The translations under genes were made by a program, and so were the position numbers. A stretch of 64,000 bases of DNA, from assembly GCA_002480495.1 (NCBI GenBank), contig DLCG01000008.1, positions 88,036 to 152,035 of the forward strand, written 5' to 3'. Position 1 is the first letter of the stretch; every line of letters starts with the position of its first letter. This document shows, one piece after another, positions 21,285 to 32,560 of the stretch. The notes under the pieces are model-generated. The model saw only the letters and a program-made list of their open reading frames with translations. It ran no database searches and was not told the origin of the DNA. The stretch comes from Rhodobiaceae bacterium UBA7804. Lineage in GTDB: Bacteria > Pseudomonadota > Alphaproteobacteria > Parvibaculales > Parvibaculaceae.

Positions 21285-21734
21285 TCAGGCCTTTTTTTCC
21301 CATCGCCCTTCAGCATTCTGCTGCCAGTAGGTCGCTTCATGCCCCTCGGCCTTGATAGACTTCCATTGCTCGCGTGCGGCGGCAACGGCCTCCTCGTCCC
21401 TGCCATCGAACATCAGCACACACCGTTCATACCCCTCCAGTGAAGCGGGCTCCGCGCCGTCGACAAGGAAGAGAACATTAGCACCGTTCGGATTATCGTC
21501 GTCGACAGTGAGATAGACGGGCATGAGCGCCGAGGGGCCGTCGTCGCGCGTGCCATGCGGCAGGAAACTCTCATCGCTGAACGTCCACAAGCTGTTGTTG
21601 ATCGCGTCGAGGCGTTCAGCTCCCCCTACTTTGACCACAGCCTTCCAGCCGCGCTCGAGCGAACGCCCTAGAAGTTGCGGCAAAACCCGCTCCAGAGGTG
21701 CGTTCTGCAGATGATAGAACAAGACCTCCGTCAC
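21285..21734 (-). CDS. holC: DNA polymerase III subunit chi
   Basis: 149 aa, beginning MTEVLFYHL. The gene lies immediately downstream of pepA, as in many proteobacteria. Confidence 0.8.
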   Translation of the reverse strand: MTEVLFYHLQNAPLERVLPQLLGRSLERGWKAVVKVGGAERLDAINNSLWTFSDESFLPHGTRDDGPSALMPVYLTVDDDNPNGANVLFLVDGAEPASLEGYERCVLMFDGRDEEAVAAAREQWKSIKAEGHEATYWQQNAEGRWEKKA

Positions 21735-21744
21735 GAAGCTCGCC

Positions 21745-23238
21745 TCAACCTTCGTAGTGGTCGGTCACGAGGCGGTTGAGAAGCCGCACACCCCAGCCCG
21801 AGCCCCAGCTCTGATTGGTTGCGGTCTGGGGCGAGGCCATAGCCGTCCCCGCAATATCTAGATGTGCCCAAGGGAGCTTGTTCACGAAGCGCTGGAGGAA
21901 TTGGGCCGCCGTAATCGACCCGCCATCGCGTCCGCCGACATTCTTCATATCCGCGAAACGCGACTCGATCATCTTGTCATAGGCATCGCCCATCGGCATA
22001 CGCCAAACCTTCTCTCCTTCGACTTCTCCCGCCTCGATGAGCTGCTTGGACAGCTTGTCGTCATTGGAGAAGAGACCCGCATACTCCTTGCCAAGCGCCA
22101 CCATGATCGCACCGGTGAGTGTTGCCAGATCGATCATGAACTTCGGCTTGAAGCGGCCTTGCGTGTACCAGAGCGCATCCGCGAGGACGAGCCGTCCCTC
22201 TGCGTCGGTATTGATCACTTCGATTGTCTGGCCAGACATTGATGTGACGATATCGCCGGGGCGCTGCGCCTTGCCGTCAGGCATGTTTTCAACCACGCCG
22301 ATAACACCGATCACATTTGCCTTCGCCTTGCGCGCTGCCAAGGTGTGCATAAGACCGGTGACGCAAGCCGCACCGCCCATGTCGCCTTTCATATCCTCCA
22401 TGCTTGCAGCCGGCTTGAGCGATATACCGCCCGTGTCGAAACAAACACCTTTTCCAACGAAGGCCACGGGCTTCTCACCCGACTTGCCGCCCATCCAACG
22501 CATGACGATCAGCTTGCTCTCATGCTCGGAGCCATGCCCGACACCGAGAAGAGACCCCATGCCGAGCTTCTTCATCTGTGCTTCGCCGAGCACCTCCACC
22601 TTCACGCCGAGCTTCGTCAGTGCCTTCGCCCGCTTCGCAAACTCGCCGGGGTGGAGGATATTTGCAGGCTCATTGACCAGGTCGCGCGTCAGAAAGATGC
22701 CCTCGGCCACCTTGGAGAGAGGAAGGTACTGCTTCCGGGCGGTAGCCGGCGCCCGGGTCAGAACGGCAAGCGAGGTGAGTTTGCCTTTCTTGTCCTCGTC
22801 CTTCTTCTTGGTCTTGTACTTGTCGAAACTGTAGGAGCGGAGCTTGGCTCCGAAGGCGACGTGAGCCGCCGCGTCGGCGGCAGGAAGTTTCGGTGCCGAA
22901 ATGCCATCCAGAACAATCGACAAGGAAGCCTCTTTTGCCTTAACCGCGCGCCCGGTCAGTTCACCACCCGCCTTCTCAAGGTTCGCAGCCGTCAAGTCAC
23001 CCGACTTGCCCAGCCCTGCCAGCAGCACGCGGTTCGCGCTGGTGCCCTGGGGGCCCACTATTTCGAGAACCGAACCAGCCTTTCCGGTGAAACTCGCGGC
23101 TTTCATGGCCCGTTTAAGCGCCCCACCGAGTTTTGAATCGAGCTCTGCCGCCACGCCGCGCAGCGTCGAGCCTTCGGTGACGAGGATGGCGAGAGCCCCC
23201 TGCTTCGAGAGCGAAATATCGGCGAAAGTCACATTCAT
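21745..23238 (-). CDS. pepA: Leucyl aminopeptidase (M17)
   Basis: M17 signature [14 protein letters not shown] is present with [16 protein letters not shown]. The size is 497 aa. Confidence 0.95.
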   Translation of the reverse strand: MNVTFADISLSKQGALAILVTEGSTLRGVAAELDSKLGGALKRAMKAASFTGKAGSVLEIVGPQGTSANRVLLAGLGKSGDLTAANLEKAGGELTGRAVKAKEASLSIVLDGISAPKLPAADAAAHVAFGAKLRSYSFDKYKTKKKDEDKKGKLTSLAVLTRAPATARKQYLPLSKVAEGIFLTRDLVNEPANILHPGEFAKRAKALTKLGVKVEVLGEAQMKKLGMGSLLGVGHGSEHESKLIVMRWMGGKSGEKPVAFVGKGVCFDTGGISLKPAASMEDMKGDMGGAACVTGLMHTLAARKAKANVIGVIGVVENMPDGKAQRPGDIVTSMSGQTIEVINTDAEGRLVLADALWYTQGRFKPKFMIDLATLTGAIMVALGKEYAGLFSNDDKLSKQLIEAGEVEGEKVWRMPMGDAYDKMIESRFADMKNVGGRDGGSITAAQFLQRFVNKLPWAHLDIAGTAMASPQTATNQSWGSGWGVRLLNRLVTDHYEG

Positions 23239-23473
23239 CTAGGGGCCTCATTTGATCTGCCGCGCGAGGACGGACTGCCTCGCATCTTTTACCGGGGCAT
23301 GAAATAGGATAACCATTGCCGGGAGCGGCCCGGTAACAAGGCGCGTATCCTAAACGAATTGCTGCGGAGGAAAAGCCGTCCCTCGTAGCGGAGGCCTCTT
23401 CCCGAAGCGGATGCAGGCCACCCCGAGAACCGGCGGGCATCAATCCCGGAAGCCGGTGGGAGCCCGGAGGCCA

Positions 23474-24622
23474 ATGCTGAAAAGCCTGTCCCATTATCTT
23501 TTGCTGCAGGCGCTGGGCCCCTTCATCGTCGCGAGCATCGTTCTTACCGGAATCATCTGGCTGACCCAGGCGTTGAGGATGCTCGACGTACTCATCACCC
23601 AGGGGCAGACGCTACTCACCTTTTTCGAGCTGACGGCGCTTGCCTTGCCGAGCACCCTGGTGATCGTACTGCCAATCTCGCTTTTTTGCGCAATGCTCTA
23701 CACGCTGCACAAGCTGATCAGCGACAGCGAAATAGTCGTCATGTTTTCTGCCGGGATCAGCCGGCCGGCAATTGCCTCACCGTTCATGGCGATAGCTTTG
23801 GGCACTTCCTTCCTCATTCTGATCTTCAGCATCTATGTGGCACCGGCCGGCCTCAGGGAACTGAAAAGCAGGCTCTACGAAATCCGCTCCGACGTCGCCA
23901 CGGCGATGATAAGGGAAGGAACCTTCACAAACCCGGCCCAAGGTCTCACCGTCTATGTCCGTGAGCGCTCGTCCGACGGCACGACCAACGGCATACTTGT
24001 GCATGACAGTCGCAATCCGAAAGAACCCATCACCTATATGGCTGAGACCGGGAGCCTTGTAGACGGCCCCAACGGACCGCTTCTGGTGATGTTCAACGGA
24101 AACATCCAGCGCGTATCGCGCGAAGACGGCAAGGATATGGGTGCCGCCACGCTCCTCTACTTCGACAAGTACACCTACGATCTGTCGCAATATATCGATA
24201 GCGAACCCAATTTCACTTATGAGGGCCGTGAACGATACTTCAGCGAACTTGTCGATCCTGCCCGCGACGACACATATGGCTGGACCAACCGCAAGAAGCT
24301 TCTGGCCGACGCGCATGAAAGGCTCGTCGAGGGTATCTATCCCACCATGTTTGCGCTGATTGCGCTCGCGGCCCTGCTTCCAGCCCCCTTCAACCGGCGC
24401 GGCTATGCATCGCGCATGGCATTCGCCGCAATTCTCGCCCTGGTGATACGCATACTTGGATTTATCCTTGCGAACGGTGCCGCAACCTCCTCCTACCTGA
24501 TCACAACCATGTATGCACTGCCTCTTGCGGTCTGCGGCATCTGTATTGCCATCCTTGCAGGCGTCCGCTTCGATCTTCTTCTCCAGAGGTTCATGACGGC
24601 AATTCCGAAGGTGCGCACATGA
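23474..24622 (+). CDS. lptF: LPS export ABC transporter permease LptF
   Basis: YjgP/YjgQ-type polytopic protein, divergent from pepA and followed by lptG with an overlapping stop/start. The start was set at MLKSLSHYLL. Confidence 0.85.
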   Translation: MLKSLSHYLLLQALGPFIVASIVLTGIIWLTQALRMLDVLITQGQTLLTFFELTALALPSTLVIVLPISLFCAMLYTLHKLISDSEIVVMFSAGISRPAIASPFMAIALGTSFLILIFSIYVAPAGLRELKSRLYEIRSDVATAMIREGTFTNPAQGLTVYVRERSSDGTTNGILVHDSRNPKEPITYMAETGSLVDGPNGPLLVMFNGNIQRVSREDGKDMGAATLLYFDKYTYDLSQYIDSEPNFTYEGRERYFSELVDPARDDTYGWTNRKKLLADAHERLVEGIYPTMFALIALAALLPAPFNRRGYASRMAFAAILALVIRILGFILANGAATSSYLITTMYALPLAVCGICIAILAGVRFDLLLQRFMTAIPKVRT

Positions 24623-25713
24623 ATCTCTCCTGGACCCTCTCACGCTATCTCGGGCGGCAGTTTCTGGCCGTCACACTGATCACGTTCTCGATTTTTCTCG
24701 CCCTCATTTTCATAATCGAGTTGGTGGAATTGTTGCGGCGGGGCGCGGACAAGCCGGGTGTTACAGTAAGTCTCCTCTTTTCCATGGCGTTACTTGAAGT
24801 TCCGAGACTTGGCGGAAGAACGCTCCCTTTCGCAATCCTGTTCGGCGGAATGGCAGCATTTCTCAGGCTCAGCAGGAATAACGAACTCATCATTGCGAGG
24901 GCAGCAGGCGTTTCCGTCTGGCAGTTCATCATGCCCGCGCTCGTCGTTGCCTTCGCTGTCGGCACTTTCGTCGTGACGGTCTACAATCCGGTCTCTTCCA
25001 CGCTCACAACGCGCTTTGGACAGCTTGAGTCGAAGTATCTCGAGCAGCGCGCAAGCTTTATAGCCGTGTCGGCAAATGGCTTGTGGCTCCGTCAGGCCGA
25101 CTCAAACGGGCAATCCGTCGTTCACGCCCAGCACATGGACGGCAAAGGCCTAAAGCTCGACGAGGTCACCATTTTTCTCTATGGGCAGGGTGACACCTTC
25201 CTTGGGCGCATCGATGCTGCGACAGCTTCTCTGAAGCCCGGGTTCTGGCAGCTTGAGGATGTATGGGTCTTGATGGTTGACGATCAGCCCAGGCATTTCG
25301 ACAGCTACAGGCAGGAGACCTCTCTAACGGAAAGTCAGATCGAGGAGAGTTTCGCCCGAGAGGAAAGCATTTCCTTCTGGGAACTGCCTCATTTCATCAA
25401 TACCGCCGAGGCTGCAGGGTTCTCCGCGCGGCGTTACCAGATATATTTCCACCAGCTTCTGGCCACGCCGGTTATGCTGTGTACGATGGTTTTGCTGGCA
25501 GCGGTCTTTTCCATGCGCACAAGCCGGATGGGCGGCCTCCTCCAGATGGTTCTAGGCGGCATTCTCGCCGGATTCGTGGTCTATTTTTTGGGCAATCTGT
25601 CTCTCGCGCTGGGCCTGTCGGGGATTCTCCCCGCGGCTCTGGCCGCCTGGGCCCCGTCGGTGGTGGTGATGCTTTTGGGGCTTGCGGTTCTCTTTCACCT
25701 CGAAGACGGTTAG
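24619..25713 (+). CDS. lptG: LPS export ABC transporter permease LptG
   Basis: N-terminus LSRYLGRQFL. The protein is a paralogue of the preceding gene's product, and there is a 4-nt overlap with lptF. Confidence 0.85.
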   Translation: MNLSWTLSRYLGRQFLAVTLITFSIFLALIFIIELVELLRRGADKPGVTVSLLFSMALLEVPRLGGRTLPFAILFGGMAAFLRLSRNNELIIARAAGVSVWQFIMPALVVAFAVGTFVVTVYNPVSSTLTTRFGQLESKYLEQRASFIAVSANGLWLRQADSNGQSVVHAQHMDGKGLKLDEVTIFLYGQGDTFLGRIDAATASLKPGFWQLEDVWVLMVDDQPRHFDSYRQETSLTESQIEESFAREESISFWELPHFINTAEAAGFSARRYQIYFHQLLATPVMLCTMVLLAAVFSMRTSRMGGLLQMVLGGILAGFVVYFLGNLSLALGLSGILPAALAAWAPSVVVMLLGLAVLFHLEDG

Positions 25714-25771
25714 AAGACAGGGATCGGCCCGAATGGGGCCGATTCTGGATGGTCGGGGGACTTAAGCACAG

Positions 25772-28009
25772 GTGAGCGAGGGGCAGCGGATGAGTGTGGG
25801 TGGCAAACGCAGCCTCCTTGTTCTGGCAGCAGCGCTGTTGGCTGCGCATGCTTTCGGCAAGCCCGCAAACGCCCAGGCGATCCGCGAGGATGCCCGCCCC
25901 AGCCCCAACATCTCCTTTCCCGAGTCGGGAGAGGTGCTCATGCAGGCGGATGAGCTCAGCTACGACAAGGCAACCCGAGTGGTTACCGCTTCCGGCAATG
26001 TGGAACTTGCCTATGGAGAGCGCGTGCTGCTGGCAGACAAGGTCAGCTACGATGAAACAACGGGCATTGTCACGGCTGAGGGCAATGTTGCCCTGCTCGA
26101 CCCTCAGGGCGATGTCGCGTTCGCAGATCAACTCGTTCTGAGAAACGAGATGCGCGATGGCGTGATCGACACGCTGAGGGTGCTCCTGAGCGACAATTCC
26201 CGACTGGCCGGACACAGCGTCGTCCGCAGCGGCGGGAATCTCACCACGCTTCATCGCGGCGTCTATAGCCCTTGCGATATTTGCGAGGAGAAAGGCCAGA
26301 CTACGCCTCTCTGGCAAATCAAGGCATTCCGCGTCGTCCACAACAAGCAGGAAAAGCGCATCGTATACGAAGACGCCTTCATGGAGTTCTTCGGCGTACC
26401 CGTTCTATACGTTCCCTATTTCTCTCATCCGGATCCCAGCGTAAAGCGGCAGTCGGGTTTCCTTCCACCTACAATCGCCAGTTCGACAGAGCTCGGACAG
26501 CAACTCGAAGTTCCTTATTTCTGGGCCATATCTCCTGACAAGGATCTGACGCTGATTCCTCGCTTCACCACGAAGGAGAACATCGTCTACCAGGGAGAAT
26601 ACAGACAGCGTTTCGAGACCGGGCGAATGAAAGTCTTCGCGACTGGCACCTGGCCGAGAACGCAGCAGGCCAATTCTCCCAGCAACAACGATTTCCGGGG
26701 CAGCCTGTTCGGTAATGGCGAATTCGATATCGACGAGAACTGGAGCTGGAGTTTCCGCACCGAGCTCGCGACTGACGACACTTACCTCAGAAAATACGAT
26801 CTGTCGGGAACCACGGACCTCATCAACAACCTCAATGCAACCTATGTAGACGGGCGTAACAGCTTCACCGCGGACACCTATTATTTTCGCGGCCTGCTTG
26901 CGACCGACAGCGAGTCGACCACGCCTTGGGTCGCGCCCGTGCTCCAGTACGAATATGCATTTCCGGATCAGATTCTGGATGGCAATGTCAGCTTTTCCGC
27001 AAATGCGATGATTCTGGGCCGCAGCCTCGGTCCGCAGTCGAGGCGCGTTTCGAGTACCGTGAGATGGGACCGGCGGGAGACGTCTGCGAACGGTTTTGTC
27101 TATCGGTTCTTTGGGAGCCTGAGAGGCGACTTCTATTCGGTCGAAGACGTTCCCAACACTGCCGTTCCGGGTGCCGATTTCGAGCCGCAAACGATCGTCC
27201 GCGGTCTTCCAACGATCGGCGCCGAATGGAGTTATCCTCTGGCGCGCTCGGAAGGAGGGGTTCATCAGGTTCTCGAACCCATCGTGCAACTGATTTCTTC
27301 GCCTAATGTAGGGAATACGGTTGAGATTCCGAACGAAGACTCCCTGAGCTTCGAATTCGACGATACAAACCTGTTTTCCGAAGACAGGTTTGCGGGACTG
27401 GATCGCTGGGAAACAGGCACGCGCGCCAATGTCGGTTTGCGCTATTCGGTCTATACGCCCAGCGGTGCGCAAGCGAATGCACTCTTCGGCCAGAGTTACC
27501 GGCTGGAAGAGAATACGAGCGTCGCGGCGGAAACCGGCCTGAGGGATGAAACCTCGGACTATGTAGGCCGCATCATGGTGTCACCGTCCAACAATTTGCT
27601 TGCCGTCTATCGCTTCCGTATTGATGACGAGCGTTTCAAAATTCGGCGGAATGAGGTGAATCTCCTTGGGCGCCATGGACCTGTCAGCGCAGAGCTGGGC
27701 TATGGCTACTATGCCGCAGACCAGTCGGTGACATTCCAGGAGCGAGAAGAGGTCTATCTCGGATCGGTCGTGAAACTGGACGAATACTGGCGCCTTTTCG
27801 GTCAAACCCGGCAGGATCTCGCCGATCACCGCACGGTCGCAAACCGGGTCGGCATCGGATATGAGGATGAGTGTCTGGACGCCTCGCTCATGTTCAGCCA
27901 GTCGTTCTATCGGGATCGCGACTACGAGCCTGACAGTTCGGTGATGTTCCAGGTCACTTTCAAGACCTTGGGCACAGGTTCCCCGGCCGGCGCGCGCGGC
28001 TTCGAGTAA
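25772..28009 (+). CDS. lptD: LPS-assembly outer membrane protein LptD
   Basis: 745 aa with a signal peptide. An OstA-like N-terminal region (LMQADELSYDKATRVVTASGNVEL) is followed by a large beta-barrel-type C-terminus. The gene precedes surA-pdxA-rsmA as in E. coli. The start is uncertain (GTG at 25772 or ATG at 25790). Confidence 0.85.
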   Translation: MSEGQRMSVGGKRSLLVLAAALLAAHAFGKPANAQAIREDARPSPNISFPESGEVLMQADELSYDKATRVVTASGNVELAYGERVLLADKVSYDETTGIVTAEGNVALLDPQGDVAFADQLVLRNEMRDGVIDTLRVLLSDNSRLAGHSVVRSGGNLTTLHRGVYSPCDICEEKGQTTPLWQIKAFRVVHNKQEKRIVYEDAFMEFFGVPVLYVPYFSHPDPSVKRQSGFLPPTIASSTELGQQLEVPYFWAISPDKDLTLIPRFTTKENIVYQGEYRQRFETGRMKVFATGTWPRTQQANSPSNNDFRGSLFGNGEFDIDENWSWSFRTELATDDTYLRKYDLSGTTDLINNLNATYVDGRNSFTADTYYFRGLLATDSESTTPWVAPVLQYEYAFPDQILDGNVSFSANAMILGRSLGPQSRRVSSTVRWDRRETSANGFVYRFFGSLRGDFYSVEDVPNTAVPGADFEPQTIVRGLPTIGAEWSYPLARSEGGVHQVLEPIVQLISSPNVGNTVEIPNEDSLSFEFDDTNLFSEDRFAGLDRWETGTRANVGLRYSVYTPSGAQANALFGQSYRLEENTSVAAETGLRDETSDYVGRIMVSPSNNLLAVYRFRIDDERFKIRRNEVNLLGRHGPVSAELGYGYYAADQSVTFQEREEVYLGSVVKLDEYWRLFGQTRQDLADHRTVANRVGIGYEDECLDASLMFSQSFYRDRDYEPDSSVMFQVTFKTLGTGSPAGARGFE

Positions 28010-28152
28010 TTTCAGACCAGGCCGAGCCCAAGCTCCTGAAAAATGGTGTTTTTCCGCCCTTCGGGTCGGTTGATCGGGGCCTTGTTTCAAGTATTCTGTC
28101 GCCCCGGAACTGGTGCAGACCGGACACCTGATGTGTCCAGAAGAAAGAAGCG

Positions 28153-29496
28153 ATGAAATCAGTGGATGTACTTGCGAGCGGCTCACCGCGCGGGGGGCGC
28201 AAACTGCTCCAGAACTCGAGTATCGCGCTAGCCAGTCTGGCCATAGTCCTCACTGCCCTCCTGGGCCATCCAGCGCTGGCACAGGATCGTGCCGTTGATA
28301 GCGTTTCGGATTCCCAAGCGATCGCAGCTATCGTCAATGACCACGTCATTTCCTCCTATGACCTGGACCAGCGCATCAAGCTCGTCCTGCTGAGTTCCGG
28401 CATTCCGAACAATCCCGAGAATATCGCACGAATTAAAGGTCAGGTTCTGCGCAACCTTGTCGACGAACATCTTCAACGACAGGAAGCACAGCGCCTCAAT
28501 ATCGAAGTTCAGCAGGAAGAAGTGGATCGGGCGTTCGAGCGTATCGCGCAGCGCTCCAATATGTCTGTGGAACAGATCAACAAGACTCTTGAGGAAGGCG
28601 GCGTTTCGCGCGTGACGCTCGAAACCCAAATCAGAAACGACATCGCCTGGAACCGGGTAATCCAGCAACAATTCGGCCCCCTCGTTACCGTCGGCGAAGG
28701 CGAAGTCGACGAGGTCATGAAACGCCTTGAAGAAGAGTCCGGAGAACCTCGTTATCTGGTATCCGAGATCCTGATTACGTTCGACAATCCGCAGCATGCC
28801 GAAGAGATCGCGGCCGGAACGCAGAGGTTGGTCGAGCAGATCCGTCAGGGTGCTCCATTTGAAGCAGTTGCACGTCAGTTCAGCCAATCGGCGTCAGCCG
28901 CCAACGGAGGCGATATCGGCTGGGTGCACAAGAGCCAGCTTCCGGATGCCGTCGGTGAAGTCGTTGCTCAGATGCAACCGGGAATGATTTCGAATCCCAT
29001 TCGCACACTGACCGGCTTTTATATCGTTCAAGTGAAAGCAATGCAGACGGGAACCGGCGCCGATCCGATGATGGACCAGTACTCCCTGATGAAAGTACTT
29101 CTTCCCCTTACGCCGGATGCCAATCAGGCTGCAGTCGCTCGCCGGGCACGGGAAGCAGAGGAATTCAGAGCTCAGGTTTCTTCCTGCGAGGAAGCGCCGC
29201 AACTGATCAAGAAATATGTCAGCGGTCAGTCCAGCCCTGCGGAGACCGTTATAGCCGGGCGTTTGCCTGCGCAGACAAGACAGGCCCTTGCAGGTGTTCC
29301 AGTCGGCAAGGCAACGGCTCCAATTCGCTCTGAATACGGGGTGGAAATGCTTGTCATCTGCGGCCACAAGGCCGCGCAAGGCGAAATGCCAACAAGGCAA
29401 CAAATCGATAACACTCTCTACGAGCAGCAGCTATCCATGATGGGGCGCCGCCATCTCCGCGACTTGCGGCGCGACGCGGTGGTTGTCTACCGCTGA
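28153..29496 (+). CDS. surA: Periplasmic chaperone / peptidyl-prolyl isomerase SurA
   Basis: A SurA N-terminal-like region (IAAIVNDHVISSYDLDQRIKL) is followed by a parvulin domain (GGDIGWV...GFYIVQV). The lptD-surA-pdxA-rsmA synteny supports the call. Confidence 0.85.
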   Translation: MKSVDVLASGSPRGGRKLLQNSSIALASLAIVLTALLGHPALAQDRAVDSVSDSQAIAAIVNDHVISSYDLDQRIKLVLLSSGIPNNPENIARIKGQVLRNLVDEHLQRQEAQRLNIEVQQEEVDRAFERIAQRSNMSVEQINKTLEEGGVSRVTLETQIRNDIAWNRVIQQQFGPLVTVGEGEVDEVMKRLEEESGEPRYLVSEILITFDNPQHAEEIAAGTQRLVEQIRQGAPFEAVARQFSQSASAANGGDIGWVHKSQLPDAVGEVVAQMQPGMISNPIRTLTGFYIVQVKAMQTGTGADPMMDQYSLMKVLLPLTPDANQAAVARRAREAEEFRAQVSSCEEAPQLIKKYVSGQSSPAETVIAGRLPAQTRQALAGVPVGKATAPIRSEYGVEMLVICGHKAAQGEMPTRQQIDNTLYEQQLSMMGRRHLRDLRRDAVVVYR

Positions 29497-30560
29497 TGCC
29501 CTTGCTTGCGGTCCCTGAAGGGGTACCCGGCATGAAACGACTGTCTGATGACTCTATCCTGCCGATCACCCTCACGATGGGCGAACCAGCGGGCATCGGG
29601 CCGGAAATCACTCTGAAGGCTTGGTTGGCGTGCAAGGAAAAGCCACAACCCGTCTTTTTGGTTTTGGGCGATCCGGAGCTTTACCGCAAGACTGCAGCAG
29701 CGCTCGGTCTCAACGTCCCGGTCGCCGAGATTGCCGCGCCTGAGGAAGCTGCCGGAGTCTTCAGCACGGCGCTGCCCGTTCTCCCCGTTGCGCTTTCGGA
29801 GAACATGGTGCCCGGCAAGGTTTCCGTTGCGAATGCCAAGGCAGTGCTTTCTTCAATAGACCTTGCAAGCGATCTCGCGCTCGAAGGAAGAGTGAGCGGC
29901 GTGGTCACAAATCCAATTCAGAAGAGCGTTCTATACGCAGCCGGGCTCAATGTTCCCGGACACACCGAGTATCTCGCGGCACGATGTGGCGGCGCTACCC
30001 CGGTGATGATGCTGTCTTGCCCCGGATTGAGAGTCGTGCCGGTCACTGTGCACCTCTCGCTCAAGGCAGCAATCACGGCGCTCAGTACGGCAAGTATCGT
30101 CGAACAAGGCATTATCCTCGCCCGCGCCCTATCGACTGATTTCGGCATAGAGAAACCAAGGATCGCCGTCGCCGCTCTCAACCCCCATGCGGGCGAAGAA
30201 GGGCATCTCGGCCGGGAAGAAATAGAAATCATCACCCCCGCCATAGCGGCGATAAGCAGCAAGGTTCAGACGGCCGAAATCCGGGGGCCGTCTCCAGCAG
30301 ACACACTTTTTCATGCGTCAGCCCGCGAGCGTTACGATGCCGTTCTCTGCATGTATCACGATCAGGCGCTCATTCCCTTGAAGACGATCGATTTCGAGCG
30401 CGGCGTGAACACGACACTCGGCTTGCCCATCGTGCGCACCTCGCCGGACCATGGCACAGCGCTCGACATTGCCGGACTGGGGAAGGCGCATCCGGCCAGC
30501 CTCATCGAAGCCATCCGAATGGCTGCCGAAATCGCAGGCCACCGGGCATCGGCCACATGA
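29496..30560 (+). CDS. pdxA: 4-hydroxythreonine-4-phosphate dehydrogenase
   Basis: Motifs [36 protein letters not shown] and [10 protein letters not shown] are present. An alternative start is the ATG at 29532. Confidence 0.9.
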   Translation: MPLLAVPEGVPGMKRLSDDSILPITLTMGEPAGIGPEITLKAWLACKEKPQPVFLVLGDPELYRKTAAALGLNVPVAEIAAPEEAAGVFSTALPVLPVALSENMVPGKVSVANAKAVLSSIDLASDLALEGRVSGVVTNPIQKSVLYAAGLNVPGHTEYLAARCGGATPVMMLSCPGLRVVPVTVHLSLKAAITALSTASIVEQGIILARALSTDFGIEKPRIAVAALNPHAGEEGHLGREEIEIITPAIAAISSKVQTAEIRGPSPADTLFHASARERYDAVLCMYHDQALIPLKTIDFERGVNTTLGLPIVRTSPDHGTALDIAGLGKAHPASLIEAIRMAAEIAGHRASAT

Positions 30561-31405
30561 CCAGTCCATCGCTGCCTCCCCTTCGCGAGGTCATTGCCCG
30601 GCATGGGTTGGCCGCGCAAAAATCTCTCGGGCAGAATTTCCTGCTCGATCTCAATCTGACGGGGCGTATCGCCCGTTCTGCCGGCTCGCTGGATGATCAC
30701 GACGTTGTAGAGGTGGGACCTGGCCCCGGTGGACTGACCCGAGCTTTGCTCGATGCCGGAGCGAGGCGTGTGGTGGCAATCGAGAAGGACCGGCGATGTA
30801 TCTCGGCGCTCGAAGAGATTGCGGCGGTCTATCCGGGCAGGCTTGAGATCATCGAAGGCGACGCCCTTGCAACGGACATGGCTGCGCTTGTAAACGCACC
30901 CGCCCGCATAATTGCGAATCTGCCCTACAATATCGCCACTCCACTTCTCGTTGGATGGCTTCAGACGGAGCCCTGGCCGCCTTGGTATGACAGTCTGACG
31001 CTTATGTTTCAGCGGGAGGTAGCCGAGCGGATCGTGGCAAGGCCAGGTACCAAGGCATATGGGCGGCTCGGCGTGCTTGCTCAATGGCGGACGCGCGCCC
31101 GTATCCTGTTCGATGTCGATCGACGCGCCTTCACGCCGCCGCCTTCGGTGACCTCGTCCGTGGTCGAGTTGGTACCACGGAACGCTCCGCTCTCGGAGGC
31201 CGACCCTCGTGCGCTTGAACGTGTCGTCGCTGCCGCTTTCGGCCAGCGGCGAAAGATGCTGAGGGCGAGCCTCAAATCGCTTGGAAGAGACCCTCTTCCT
31301 CTGCTGGAACAAGCACAAATCGATCCCACGAAGCGGGCGGAAGAGCTCGATATCGAAGCCTTCTGCGCCCTGGCACGAGCCTTCGCGGCCGAACGTCCTT
31401 CCTGA
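30557..31405 (+). CDS. rsmA: 16S rRNA (adenine1518/1519-N6)-dimethyltransferase
   Basis: [22 protein letters not shown] and IIANLPYNI are present. There is a 4-nt overlap with pdxA. Confidence 0.95.
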   Translation: MTSPSLPPLREVIARHGLAAQKSLGQNFLLDLNLTGRIARSAGSLDDHDVVEVGPGPGGLTRALLDAGARRVVAIEKDRRCISALEEIAAVYPGRLEIIEGDALATDMAALVNAPARIIANLPYNIATPLLVGWLQTEPWPPWYDSLTLMFQREVAERIVARPGTKAYGRLGVLAQWRTRARILFDVDRRAFTPPPSVTSSVVELVPRNAPLSEADPRALERVVAAAFGQRRKMLRASLKSLGRDPLPLLEQAQIDPTKRAEELDIEAFCALARAFAAERPS

Positions 31406-31503
31406 CGTTACCGAGGTTGTAGCCTCGCCCGGCGCGTGCCACATTGTCCGCCAAACGGGCCGCCAGACGGCCTGAAAACGTAGCGTTCAGGAGGCGTTTC
31501 CCC

Positions 31504-32553
31504 ATGAAGTCCGAAGCCATCGTCGAATACGGCCAGCCCTTGCAGATCGTCGAAAGCGAGACGCCGGAGCCCAAGGGCACGGAAGTGCTCCTCAAGGTGA
31601 CCCATTGCGGCGTTTGCCATTCCGACGTGCATATCCATGACGGTCATTTCGACATGGGGAGCGGCAACCAGCTCGACGTACGGGCCGGCAGAAAGCTTCC
31701 CTTCACGCTCGGTCACGAGATCGAGGGCGAAGTCGTGGCGGTCGGGCCGGACGCCGAGGGCGTGGAAATCGGGTCCCATCTCGTCGCCTATCCCTGGATC
31801 GGCTGCGGGGAATGCCCTACCTGCAATCGCGGCGACGAACATCTCTGCAACAAGCCGCGCAGCCTCGGAATCAATGTCGCGGGCGGCTATGCCACCCATG
31901 TCATCGTGCCGCATCCGCGCTATCTGCTCGATTACAAGGGCGTCGCCGATGGGCTGGCCGCTACCTATATGTGCTCGGGCCTCACCGCCTACAGCGCCAT
32001 GAAGAAGCTGGGCGATATCAGCGCGGAAGAGCGCGTGATGGTCGTCGGTCTCGGCGGCGTCGGGATGATGGGCCTGCAGTTTGCCAAGGCGCTGTTTCCC
32101 TCAGCCCCGCTCGGTGCGGACGTCGATGAGAACAAGCTTCAGTCCGCGCGCGGCAGTGGCGCTCACGAGGTCTACAATCCGAAAGATTCGGATGCGATCA
32201 AAAAGGTGCTCGCCGACACGAATGGCGGTGTTCCCGCCGCGGTCGACTTTGTCGGGTCCGAAGCGTCGCTCAAATTCGCGAGCAGCGTGGTCCGCAAGGG
32301 CGGCAAGGTGGTCGTGGTCGGCCTGTTCGGCGGCGGCTTCTCCATGCCGATCCCGCTGTTCCCCATGCGCGCCATCTCCATCGGCGGTTCCTATGTCGGC
32401 TCACTCGCGGAAACGCATGAAATGATGGAACTTGTGAAAGCGGGCAAGATCGACCCCATTCCGGTTAGCGAGCGCCCGCTCGGCGAAGGATCGAAGTCTC
32501 TCGACGATCTCCGCAAGGGTGGCGTCATGGGCCGTGTTGTCCTGAAGCCTTGA
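31504..32553 (+). CDS. Zinc-dependent alcohol dehydrogenase family oxidoreductase
   Basis: CGVCHSDVH and GHEIEGEVVAVG zinc-site motifs are present, with the Rossmann motif VVGLGGVG. The start was set at MKSEAIVEYG. Confidence 0.85.
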   Translation: MKSEAIVEYGQPLQIVESETPEPKGTEVLLKVTHCGVCHSDVHIHDGHFDMGSGNQLDVRAGRKLPFTLGHEIEGEVVAVGPDAEGVEIGSHLVAYPWIGCGECPTCNRGDEHLCNKPRSLGINVAGGYATHVIVPHPRYLLDYKGVADGLAATYMCSGLTAYSAMKKLGDISAEERVMVVGLGGVGMMGLQFAKALFPSAPLGADVDENKLQSARGSGAHEVYNPKDSDAIKKVLADTNGGVPAAVDFVGSEASLKFASSVVRKGGKVVVVGLFGGGFSMPIPLFPMRAISIGGSYVGSLAETHEMMELVKAGKIDPIPVSERPLGEGSKSLDDLRKGGVMGRVVLKP

Positions 32554-32560
32554 GTGGAAG